From an uncultured delta proteobacterium (lineage in GTDB: Bacteria; Desulfobacterota; Syntrophobacteria; BM002), in NCBI GenBank assembly GCA_963712115.1, contig CAVQGX010000037.1, positions 55,739 through 119,738 of the forward strand: DNA of 64,000 bases, read 5' to 3'. The position numbers were made by a program, and so were the translations under genes. The notes beneath the pieces were generated by a model that worked only from the letters and a program-made list of their open reading frames with translations, did not search any database and was not told the origin of the DNA. Numbering within the stretch: the stretch's first letter is position 1; every line of letters begins with the position of its first letter. Shown here piece by piece: positions 1 through 8,253 of this stretch.

Positions 1-2
1 AC

Positions 3-2246
3 TTGCCCAATCTGCTGTTGAGTTTTCCCCAGCTGCGGGCTGAGGATTTCCGTCCCTGGGTGGATGAGCAGGATGCCATGCTCCAGGGGGTGACCCCGGA
101 TGAGTTTGCGGCTGAGCAAGCTAAAATCTGGCGAAGGGGGCTGGCGGAGTGGGGCCAGGAACCTGAACGTATCGCCCGTCTTCGGGCCTCGGCCGATTTT
201 GCCGTCTACACCCCAGGGAGCAATGCTGGTCTGCCGGTGAGCATTCTGCGGACTTTCGCCCCACCGCCAGGTGCGATTCTCGAAGATAGCGATCTGTTGA
301 GAGAACGCATTCAGACCACCACTACAGGACTGCTGGCGCTAATCGGCATTGAAGCAGACCCACTAACTAGTCCTGAGCACATTCTGATTGCCAACATCCT
401 GGAGTCAACCTGGTCAGAGGGCAGGGGGTTTGACCTGGCCGGGTTGATCCATGCTATTCAGACTCCGCCCTTCGAAAGACTGGGGGTCATGGACTTGGAC
501 CTCTTCTTTCCTGCCAAAGAGCGATTCACCCTTGCCATGCGCTTGAACAGCCTGCTAGCCGCACCAGGTTTTGAAAGCTGGCTTTCCGGCGAGCCTCTGG
601 ATATCAATCGCATGCTCTTCACTGACCAGGGCAAACCGAGGCTTTCGATATTTACTATTAATCATCTTGCAGATGGTGAGCGGATGTTCTTCCTCTCCAT
701 ACTGCTCAATGAAATACTGGGATGGATGCGGATGCAGCCCGGCACTTCCAGCCTGCGGGCTATCTTGTACATAGATGAGATTTTTGGTTATTTCCCGCCG
801 GTAAAGAATCCACCTTCCAAGGCACCGCTGCTGACCCTGTTGAAACAGGCCCGAGCCTTTGGACTGGGGGTGGTGCTCTCCACTCAGAATCCGGTGGATC
901 TTGACTACAAGGGACTGGCCAACACAGGCACCTGGTTCATTGGTCGCCTGCAGACCGATCAGGATAAAGAACGAGTTCTGGGTGGGCTCGAGGGAGCCTC
1001 TGCAGGTAGGGGCTTTAATCGGGGACAGGCTAGTAAGATCCTGGCAAAACTTGGTAAGCGTGTATTCCTGCTCCATAATGTACATGAAAACGAACCGGCT
1101 ATCTTTCAGAGTCGCTGGGTGCTTTCTTATTTGCGGGGACCTATGACCCGTGAGCAAATCAAACTGCTTGTGGCCGCCCGCAAAGAGAGGGAATCGGCCA
1201 TTATGCCACCTGTGGTTGCAGGTCAACCCACAGCGGCCGCTGCTGCCTCCCGGGCTAAAGAAATAACCGCTCTGTCCCCATTGGCATCACAACCACCGGT
1301 GTTGCCTGCTGAGATAGAGGTTTTTTACCTGGCACCATCAGGATCCGGCCATGGTCTCCTCTACTATCCCTCGGTGATTGGCCAGGCAGAGGTTCACTAC
1401 AGCAGTGCCAAATATGAGGTGGATGAAACCAGGACCATGGCCGTTGCTGTCCAGCTCGAAGAGGGGCCCATAGCCCTCGAATGGGACAATGGAGTAGAAT
1501 TCGAACTGGAGGACTTGCAAACCGCCCCTGTGGTGGGGGCAGAGTTTGCTGATTTGCCGGCGGAGGCCAATGAGGTAAAGTCCTACCGCAACTGGAATAG
1601 AGATTTCCTCCGATGGGTTCGGGTAAACCGACCGCTCACCCTCTATCGGTCCGAACGGTTTTCGCAGACAAGTGGGGTGAACGAAACTGAAGGTGAGTTC
1701 CGTGCCCGGCTCTCACAGGTGGCCCGTGAAAAGCGGGACCTGGAAATCGAAAAGCTGCGCCGGAAATACAGTCCAAAGTTCACCAGCTTGAACGATCGAC
1801 TGAGGAGGGCCGAGCAAGCCATAGCCCGGGAGGAGGAGCAAGCCAAATCCAAGACTTTGGCCACGGCCATTTCTTTTGGCACGGCAATTCTGGGTGCCTT
1901 CTTGGGGCGCAAAACCGTCAGCGCCACATCAGCCTCGCGCATGGGAACGGCGATGAAGTCGGCTGGCCGGCTAGGGAAGGAAAAGATGGATGTGGCCCGA
2001 GCCCGGGAAACAGCTGAAGCTATAAGGGAACAACTGAACCAACTTGAACTGCAACTTCAGGGGGATATTCAAAACCTGGAGGGGGCGTACGACCCGGCCT
2101 CGGAAGAGCTCAAGGAAATCAAGGTGAATCCCAAGACCACCGATATGAGCCTTAGACTATTCGGCCTGGGCTGGCTGCCTTACCGCAAAGAGGTGGACGG
2201 CGGCTTGGGTCCCGACTACCGCTTGAAATCCACCATACGAATCTGA
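3..2246 (+). CDS. HerA/FtsK-superfamily P-loop NTPase, C-terminal part (5' end cut by the window edge), with a coiled-coil tail
   Basis: The ORF is open to the left edge and no Walker A is visible, so the N-terminus lies upstream. It has a Walker-B-like 'AILYIDEIFGYF' and 'VVLSTQNPVDLDYKGLANTGTWFIGRLQTDQDKERVL', typical of HerA/DUF87-type ATPases. The last ~230 aa are Lys/Glu/Arg-rich coiled coil with one hydrophobic segment, 'LATAISFGTAILGAFLG'. Confidence 0.6.
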   Translation: MPNLLLSFPQLRAEDFRPWVDEQDAMLQGVTPDEFAAEQAKIWRRGLAEWGQEPERIARLRASADFAVYTPGSNAGLPVSILRTFAPPPGAILEDSDLLRERIQTTTTGLLALIGIEADPLTSPEHILIANILESTWSEGRGFDLAGLIHAIQTPPFERLGVMDLDLFFPAKERFTLAMRLNSLLAAPGFESWLSGEPLDINRMLFTDQGKPRLSIFTINHLADGERMFFLSILLNEILGWMRMQPGTSSLRAILYIDEIFGYFPPVKNPPSKAPLLTLLKQARAFGLGVVLSTQNPVDLDYKGLANTGTWFIGRLQTDQDKERVLGGLEGASAGRGFNRGQASKILAKLGKRVFLLHNVHENEPAIFQSRWVLSYLRGPMTREQIKLLVAARKERESAIMPPVVAGQPTAAAAASRAKEITALSPLASQPPVLPAEIEVFYLAPSGSGHGLLYYPSVIGQAEVHYSSAKYEVDETRTMAVAVQLEEGPIALEWDNGVEFELEDLQTAPVVGAEFADLPAEANEVKSYRNWNRDFLRWVRVNRPLTLYRSERFSQTSGVNETEGEFRARLSQVAREKRDLEIEKLRRKYSPKFTSLNDRLRRAEQAIAREEEQAKSKTLATAISFGTAILGAFLGRKTVSATSASRMGTAMKSAGRLGKEKMDVARARETAEAIREQLNQLELQLQGDIQNLEGAYDPASEELKEIKVNPKTTDMSLRLFGLGWLPYRKEVDGGLGPDYRLKSTIRI

Positions 2247-2308
2247 TATGTTCCTCTGCGGCTTGGATCCACTCAGGAGCCAATTTCAAAGGTGGTTCAT
2301 CCGGTATT

Positions 2309-2548
2309 TGCTTGAATGCGAGGATGTAAGAGGTGGATGAGACAGGGGAAGGTCCTCGACAAAGGTGCATATTCGCATCTATGGGATTCCCGGCTCTTGG
2401 TCCTTTAAAACAGTTATCGCCGACGCAGACGAAGGGCATTCCAGGCTGCCAAAGCAAAACACCGGCGGCTCAGATGCACTTTCCCTCGGACCTCCCCCTG
2501 TCCCAGTATAGCCACACTATCATTGGCCAAAATATGGTCATCCAAGCA
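2309..2548 (+). repeat. Family-A ~240-nt nested inverted-repeat element, copy 1 (candidate structured RNA/leader or MITE-like element)
   Basis: Same-strand paralogue of 8254-8492. Outer pairing is TGCTTGAAT (2309-2317) with ATCCAAGCA (2540-2548). The inner ~28-bp imperfect helix is GACAGGGGAAGGTCC..AAAGGTGCAT (2341-2370) with ATGCACTTT..GGACCTCCCCCTGTC (2474-2502). Confidence 0.65.
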
Positions 2549-2600
2549 GATCCCGGGTGAACCTCAAGAGCAACCTTTTGGCTAAGAAAGAGATGCTACT

Positions 2601-3230
2601 ATGTTGAGAAGATGGTATCTAGCTGCAGCCATGATCATGCTGGCCAGTCTGATGGTCACTCCCACGGCATTTACTGAGGAGTCCGCCCGAGAGTTTAGAA
2701 AAGAGAACGGGCTCCTGGCCTACACTCCCCCCGCCTGGTTTCTAGAGGGTCACTTCATTGCCCGGGAAAAGAATCCAGCTTACGTTTTCGGGCGGGTGCA
2801 GGATTTCGTTCTGGCTGTGGGCGGCAAAACAACCTGGTTGATCGAGGACGCGGAATTAAAGCGGGTTGAGCAGGCCTCCGTAGAAGGGGAGAGCCCTGAA
2901 TATTCCTTGTTTCTGGAGTCTGTTTCACCTGAGCGCACGGAATATTGGGTTTTTGTGGTGCTGCCTCATGAAAGCGCCCAAGCTTGGTTCGACGCCAGGC
3001 GGGCATATCATGGAAGAAAGGCTGAGGATTATTACGGAAAAACCCAAAGTGAGCTCGAGTCCGCCCTTAGCCAAGGCCTTAAAATTAAAGCTGAGCTTCG
3101 CTTTTTCATAGAGAAAGGAGAGATCAGCCTAGAGTGCCCCGAGGACGAGATCATGAAGAGATACAATTTCCAGCCGGTTTTTGACCTCAGCGGTGGTCGC
3201 TGGTTGGGTTCGGCTGCCAAGACCAAGTAG
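2601..3230 (+). CDS. hypothetical secreted protein
   Basis: 209-aa ORF with an N-terminal signal-like segment, 'MLRRWYLAAAMIMLASLMVTPTAFT'. It lies 22 nt upstream of the next gene on the same strand. I recognise no family. Confidence 0.55.
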   Translation: MLRRWYLAAAMIMLASLMVTPTAFTEESAREFRKENGLLAYTPPAWFLEGHFIAREKNPAYVFGRVQDFVLAVGGKTTWLIEDAELKRVEQASVEGESPEYSLFLESVSPERTEYWVFVVLPHESAQAWFDARRAYHGRKAEDYYGKTQSELESALSQGLKIKAELRFFIEKGEISLECPEDEIMKRYNFQPVFDLSGGRWLGSAAKTK

Positions 3231-3252
3231 ACGGGTTAAGGAGGTATGAATC

Positions 3253-4485
3253 ATGTCATCCCAGAGGGATAATAGTGGAAAACCTAATCGCCGCGACTTC
3301 TTCAAGCAGGCTGCAGCCATCGGATTGGGGGCCACGGTGGGAGGATCCTCTTTCTTGCGGCCCCACCAGGCTTCGGCCCAGATCACCATTCCCAAGGAAC
3401 CCATGCCCCGCAGACCCTTTGGCCGCTCGTCCATAATGGTCTCCACCCTTTCACTGGGCGGGATGTTCGACATTCTCAACAACCGGTTGATGCTCGCCAA
3501 GGCTCTTGATTGGGGGATCAACTACTGGGACACAGCGGAGGGCTACGGCCGGGGCCGCAGCGAAGAGGGCATCGGTCGCTGGTTCGCCCGCAATCCCCAT
3601 ACCCGCAAGCAAGTTTTTCTGGTAACCAAACTTTCCACAAGAAGAGGTGGTGAGTTTACCGGCCGGCTGGAGGAGAGTCTCAAAAGGCTGCACACTGATT
3701 ACGTGGATCTATTCTTTGTCCATGGAATAAGTGGCATAGGTGAGATGGAATCCAGTCTGGAATCCTGGGCACAAGCCATGAAAAAGAGTGGTAAGATAAG
3801 GTTGTTCGGCTTCAGCACCCATTCCAACATGGAAGAGTGCCTGGAGGGAGCAGCCAAGCTTCCATGGATAGACGGCATCATGTTTACTTACAATTATCGC
3901 CTGATGCACGAGCCCCGCATGAAAGAGGCTGTTGAGGCCTGTTACCGAGCCGGTATCGGTCTAACGGCCATGAAGACCCAGGGCGGCGGCCCGGTCAAAA
4001 GCGACAGTGAGTCTGAGATTGAAATGGCGGGCCGCTTTATGCAAAAAGGATTTTCAGACAATCAGGCAAAGCTCATGGCTGTCTGGCAAGATAAGCGTAT
4101 CGCCAGCATCTGTTCGCAAATGCCCAATCTCACCATCATGGCCACAAACGCAGCGGCGGCAGTGGAACAAACCCGCCTGTCAAAGTCAGATCGCCTCTTC
4201 CTGGCCAAATACGCCGAGGAAACCTGCGGTGACTATTGCGCCGGATGCGAGCGTCTCTGTTCAGAAGTGCTTGCCCAAAGGGTGCCAATCAGCGATGTCA
4301 TGCGCTGCCTTATGTACTTCCATTCCTACCAGGATCTCGGCTTGGCACGTGCCACCTTCCAAAGTTTGCCGACTCAGACAAAAGAGCTTTTGACCCAGGT
4401 GGATTTCAGCAAGGCAGAAAGGTCTTGCCCCCGAAACTTGAAAATCGGAAAACTGATGCGAGAGGCTGCGACTCTATTTGTCTGA
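3253..4485 (+). CDS. Tat-signal aldo/keto reductase with a C-terminal Cys cluster
   Basis: AAGGAGG RBS about 8 nt upstream. Twin-arginine signal 'NRRDFFKQAAAIGLGA'. AKR motifs 'GINYWDTAEGYG' and 'DYVDLFFVHG'. C-terminal 'CGDYCAGCERLC'. Confidence 0.85.
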   Translation: MSSQRDNSGKPNRRDFFKQAAAIGLGATVGGSSFLRPHQASAQITIPKEPMPRRPFGRSSIMVSTLSLGGMFDILNNRLMLAKALDWGINYWDTAEGYGRGRSEEGIGRWFARNPHTRKQVFLVTKLSTRRGGEFTGRLEESLKRLHTDYVDLFFVHGISGIGEMESSLESWAQAMKKSGKIRLFGFSTHSNMEECLEGAAKLPWIDGIMFTYNYRLMHEPRMKEAVEACYRAGIGLTAMKTQGGGPVKSDSESEIEMAGRFMQKGFSDNQAKLMAVWQDKRIASICSQMPNLTIMATNAAAAVEQTRLSKSDRLFLAKYAEETCGDYCAGCERLCSEVLAQRVPISDVMRCLMYFHSYQDLGLARATFQSLPTQTKELLTQVDFSKAERSCPRNLKIGKLMREAATLFV

Positions 4486-4528
4486 CCTAGCCCGGATAGT
4501 GAAGAGCAATTCCAAATCACAAAGACTA

Positions 4529-4599
4529 AGGTTTCAGTGTTCAGGTTTCAGGTTTTACTCTTGCTTTTTCTTTTTCCTGACACCTGACACCTGAAACCT
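4529..4599. repeat. Heptad-arm hairpin H1
   Basis: The 5' arm AGGTTTC AGTGTTC AGGTTTC AGG (4529-4552) pairs imperfectly with CCTGACA CCTGACA CCTGAAA CCT (4576-4599), around a T-rich 23-nt loop. The adjacent 15-nt box 4609-4623 is the reverse complement of 33200-33214. Confidence 0.7.
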
Positions 4600-4653
4600 C
4601 AGTACCAAAGGACCAGGTTTTCTCTGATTAAATAGATTAAGCGGGGTGGCTCG

Positions 4654-5616
4654 GTGGTTCTTACCTTTCTGGCAATCTGCATGGGCATAGCATTGCTGGC
4701 CTTTGGCGCTAACCGCTTTGTGGGGGCAGCAGCATCTCTTGCGAGACGCTTAGGGGTCTCACCACTATTTGTCGGTCTGACCATAGTGTCAGCGGGGACT
4801 TCTTTTCCCGAGCTCTTAGTTAGCACCACAGCGGTGCTGAGCGGCCATTCTGCAATGGCTCTGGGTAACGTACTAGGAAGTAATATCGCTAATGTATTTC
4901 TTGTTCTCGGGCTCTCGTCTCTTTTGCATCCGGTAAAAGTGGATGCACAGGTTATCGGCAGAGACTACTCGGCACTGCTTCTGGCCACAGTAATAGCATG
5001 GCTCATGGCCAGCAACGGAGTGTTAGGCCGCTTGGAAGGTGTGGTTCTCCTTGCAGGTCTCATAGCATATTATGGCGTTACCCTCAGATCAGCCGGAGCA
5101 GGTGGAGACTGGAAATTAAGTGGTGCAACGAGTAAGGATGGCCATCTGCCCACACAGTCTCTCTATGGTCTCGTCGTCCGATTAGTTGCCAGCCTTGTTC
5201 TGCTGCTCGTTGGAAGTCGCTTGCTAGTCTGGGGTGGCGTAGGGCTCGCCCGAGCAATGGGTGTCAGTGAGCTGGTCATCGGCCTGACCCTGGTAGCAGT
5301 GGGAACCAGTCTTCCAGAATTGGCCACCACTCTAACTGGGATCATTAAGAAGCAAGACGCGATTGCTCTGGGAAATGTGGTTGGTTCCAACATGTTCAAT
5401 ACCTTGGCCATACTTGGTACTATCTCGGTGCTGAGTCCTCTGCCAATTACTTCCGAGAACTCTACTCGTGATTTCCCAGTGACGCTTCTGGCTTCCCTGG
5501 TTCTCTGGCCTATTTCCTGGTCTCGACGAAAAGGGCGTGGACGGGTGAATCGTTTCGAGGGTGGAATTCTCTTGGGGTTGTACGGAGCCTATCTGTACTT
5601 GCTGGCAGGCAGATAG
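4654..5616 (+). CDS. Ca2+/Na+ antiporter, CaCA (YrbG-like) family
   Basis: GTG start. Two alpha-repeat signatures, 'GLTIVSAGTSFPEL' and 'GLTLVAVGTSLPEL'. Multi-TM profile throughout. Confidence 0.85.
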   Translation: MVLTFLAICMGIALLAFGANRFVGAAASLARRLGVSPLFVGLTIVSAGTSFPELLVSTTAVLSGHSAMALGNVLGSNIANVFLVLGLSSLLHPVKVDAQVIGRDYSALLLATVIAWLMASNGVLGRLEGVVLLAGLIAYYGVTLRSAGAGGDWKLSGATSKDGHLPTQSLYGLVVRLVASLVLLLVGSRLLVWGGVGLARAMGVSELVIGLTLVAVGTSLPELATTLTGIIKKQDAIALGNVVGSNMFNTLAILGTISVLSPLPITSENSTRDFPVTLLASLVLWPISWSRRKGRGRVNRFEGGILLGLYGAYLYLLAGR

Positions 5617-5713
5617 TTGAAATTTGTTTACTCTCTCTTAACTTTTGACATTGCAGCGGATAGGATAGATGAAAATTTGGCAAAGAGATATCCAACTTTG
5701 AGAGGATGAGAAA

Positions 5714-7093
5714 ATGCTCGAGAGTCTGGACCCGGTTTTACTGGCACGAATACAGTTTACCTTTACCATTGCATTCCACATTATCTTCCCAGCCTTTACC
5801 ATCGGCCTTGCCAGCTGGTTGGCCGTGGTCGAGTGGCGCTGGCTGAAGACCGGCAACGATATCTATCAAGAAGTTTACCGCATGTGGGTAAAAATATTTG
5901 CGGTGACCTTCGGCATGGGAGTGGTGTCAGGCGTGGTTATGTCATTCCAGTTCGGCACCAACTGGTCCGTATTCTCAGATAAGGTGGGTAATATTTTTGG
6001 ACCGTTGCTGGGCTTTGAGGTGCTGACGGCTTTTTTCCTGGAGGCTTCTTTCCTCGGCATCATGCTCTTTGGTTGGAATCGGGTGAGCCGTAAGATGCAC
6101 TTTGCCTCAACCATAATAGTGGCAAGTGGCACCCTCATATCAGCCTTCTGGATCCTGTCGGCCAATAGCTGGATGCAGACGCCACAAGGTTTCCGTCTCG
6201 GCGAACATGGTCTGCTCTATCCCACCAACTGGTGGCAAATCATATTCAATCCTTCTTTCCCCTATCGTTTCATGCACATGGTCACTGCTGCCTACCTGAC
6301 TACGGCCTTTGTCGTTGGTGGCGTTGGTGCTTATTATCTATGGCGTAAGCTTCATGTAAGCCATGCCAGGGTGATGTTCGGTATGGCAATGATTATGGCG
6401 ATTTTTGTGGCCCCCTTTCAGCTGGTGCTTGGAGACTTACACGGGCTGAACACCCTTAAACATCAGCCTGCTAAGGTATCTGCCATGGAAGGTATCTGGG
6501 AAACTGAGCGCGGCGCCGCCTTGAAGCTCTTTGGCTGGCCCGATCAACAGGAAGAAAAGACAAAATATGCAATTGAAATTCCTAAGTTGTCCAGCTTGAT
6601 CCTCACCCACGATCTCGATGGTGAAGTGAAAGGTCTTAAAGAGTGGCCCAAAGAAGAGCGCCCCCCGGTGGCCTGGGTGTTCTGGTCATTTCGTCTGATG
6701 GTTGGCGTTGGTTTGTTGATGATATTGACCGGGGTTATGGCTGCCATTCTTTATTTTCGCAAAAAACTCTTTGACACGCCGTGGTTCCAATTTTGGTGCA
6801 TGGCCCTTACGCCAGCAGGTTTCATCGCCGTCATCACCGGATGGTGCGTTACTGAAATCGGCCGGCAGCCTTATGTGGCCTATGGAGTTATTCGCACCGC
6901 GGAATCAGTCTCACCGGTACCTGGCCCACACATCGCCTTGTCTCTACTGGCATTCATCATCACCTACATCTTTATATTCGGGGCAGGCAGTTATTACATT
7001 TTGCGACTTATTGCAAAAGGTCCCTCTACCGAGGAAGAAGCTTATGGTGACCATGGCGTAGATGAACCGCCCCTGGTAACTGATCTGGTATGA
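5714..7093 (+). CDS. cydA: cytochrome bd-type quinol oxidase subunit I (short Q-loop/CIO-like length)
   Basis: GAGAGGA RBS. N-terminal 'LARIQFTFTIAFHIIFPAFTIGLA' and C-terminal 'GWCVTEIGRQPYVAYG' are classic CydA signatures. 459 aa. Confidence 0.95.
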   Translation: MLESLDPVLLARIQFTFTIAFHIIFPAFTIGLASWLAVVEWRWLKTGNDIYQEVYRMWVKIFAVTFGMGVVSGVVMSFQFGTNWSVFSDKVGNIFGPLLGFEVLTAFFLEASFLGIMLFGWNRVSRKMHFASTIIVASGTLISAFWILSANSWMQTPQGFRLGEHGLLYPTNWWQIIFNPSFPYRFMHMVTAAYLTTAFVVGGVGAYYLWRKLHVSHARVMFGMAMIMAIFVAPFQLVLGDLHGLNTLKHQPAKVSAMEGIWETERGAALKLFGWPDQQEEKTKYAIEIPKLSSLILTHDLDGEVKGLKEWPKEERPPVAWVFWSFRLMVGVGLLMILTGVMAAILYFRKKLFDTPWFQFWCMALTPAGFIAVITGWCVTEIGRQPYVAYGVIRTAESVSPVPGPHIALSLLAFIITYIFIFGAGSYYILRLIAKGPSTEEEAYGDHGVDEPPLVTDLV

Positions 7094-7109
7094 GAAACAG
7101 GAGAAGAAC

Positions 7110-8129
7110 ATGTTTAGTTTTGCCAGCTTTTTGAACTTGCCCATTGTCTGGTTTGGGCTGATTGCAACGGCCGTCCTCCTGTACGTGCTGCTGGATGGAT
7201 TTGATCTTGGTGTTGGTATTCTCTTTCCTTTTGCCCCTTCTGATCAGTGCCGTGATCGGATGATGAACTCAATTGCTCCTTTTTGGGACGGCAATGAGAC
7301 TTGGCTGGTCCTTGGCGGTGGCGGCCTGTTTGCAGCCTTTCCTCTGGCATACGCTGTCTTGATGCCGGCTCTCTACGTCCCGGTGATCCTCATGCTCCTC
7401 GGCCTGATTTTTCGGGGGGTTGCCTTTGAGTTCCGCTTCAAAGCAACGGGCAAATCCAGGAGGATATGGGATTATTCTTTCCACTTTGGTTCCCTGGTTG
7501 CAGCCTTTATGCAGGGGATGTTTCTCGGTGGTTTGGTGCAGGGGGTCCAGGTCGATGGCCGGAACTTTGCCGGTGGCCCTTTTGATTGGCTGAATGGTTT
7601 CAGTGTAATGACGGGCTTTGCCCTGGTGTGTGGCTACGGTTTGCTGGGCGCTACCTGGGTGGTGATGAAAACCGATGATACCACCCAGGAGTGGGCGCGA
7701 AAGTGCGCCAATTATTTACTGTTCTACGTTGCTTTGTTCATGGGGTTGGTTAGTTTGATCATGCCTTACATCAATGCGGATGTGAAAAGGTTGTGGTTTA
7801 GTTCGCCTAATTTCTTCATGCTCTTGCCAATACCCCTGCTGACCCTTGCCATGTTTGTAACAATCTGGCGTGATTTGCATAAGCAAAGGGAATACCGGCC
7901 TTTCTTACTGAGCGTTGGACTTTTTATTATGGGATACATCGGTTTGGCCGTCAGTCTGTGGCCTTATGTAGTACCCTTTGACATCACCATCTGGCAGGCG
8001 GCAGCAGCACCGGAATCTCAATCTTTACTTTTGGTGGGAACAGTCCTCATGTTACCCGTGGTACTCGGATACGTAGGCTACAGTTACTACATATTCAGGG
8101 GAAAAGCATCCCATGAGACCACTTACTAA
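7110..8129 (+). CDS. cydB: cytochrome bd-type quinol oxidase subunit II
   Basis: AGGAGA RBS, 16 nt after the cydA stop. Signatures 'DGFDLGVGILFPF' and 'FWDGNETWLVLGGG'. Confidence 0.95.
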   Translation: MFSFASFLNLPIVWFGLIATAVLLYVLLDGFDLGVGILFPFAPSDQCRDRMMNSIAPFWDGNETWLVLGGGGLFAAFPLAYAVLMPALYVPVILMLLGLIFRGVAFEFRFKATGKSRRIWDYSFHFGSLVAAFMQGMFLGGLVQGVQVDGRNFAGGPFDWLNGFSVMTGFALVCGYGLLGATWVVMKTDDTTQEWARKCANYLLFYVALFMGLVSLIMPYINADVKRLWFSSPNFFMLLPIPLLTLAMFVTIWRDLHKQREYRPFLLSVGLFIMGYIGLAVSLWPYVVPFDITIWQAAAAPESQSLLLVGTVLMLPVVLGYVGYSYYIFRGKASHETTY

Positions 8130-8232
8130 AAAGCAGCAGCAATGGCTATGGTTTTTAGCACTTTGGTGCGGCGGTTTGGCAGCTGCAGCACTGCTGGCCT
8201 ATTTGGTCCGGTTGGTCATGGGTATTGGCTAA
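8113..8232 (+). CDS. 39-aa small membrane protein, DUF2474-like (absent from the ORF track, which only lists ORFs of at least 60 aa)
   Basis: The ATG at 8113 overlaps the last 17 nt of cydB. Translation is MRPLTKKQQQWLWFLALWCGGLAAAALLAYLVRLVMGIG, with stop TAA at 8230-8232. It has a basic N-terminus and one TM, which is the position and shape of the small proteins that follow cioB/cydB genes. Confidence 0.5.
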   Translation: MRPLTKKQQQWLWFLALWCGGLAAAALLAYLVRLVMGIG

Positions 8233-8253
8233 AATTAAGGCTCTTGCGGAATT

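Noticed and set aside
555-1942. Several 60-220-aa ORFs on the minus strand or in alternative frames inside the HerA-like gene (555-1226, 571-774, 859-1146, 1338-1520, 1643-1942).
   Set aside because: They are fully embedded in a long ORF with clear family motifs. Their composition is low-complexity or Arg/Pro-rich, typical of antisense frames, and no RBS is visible.
2341-2503. Family-A core as a known RNA: cobalamin riboswitch (CCAGG.CTGCC versus the B12 box), Moco motif (GCCTCGGAGC), or 6S RNA (long closing helix; CCUUUAAAAC..GCCGACG resembles part of E. coli 6S).
   Set aside because: The matches are short and partial. The B12 box spacing is wrong, the other conserved riboswitch blocks are absent, and the downstream genes are unrelated to B12 or Mo. 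The 6S resemblance is limited to about 20 nt, and two 6S-like copies as gene leaders would be atypical. I keep it as unclassified rather than assigning a family.
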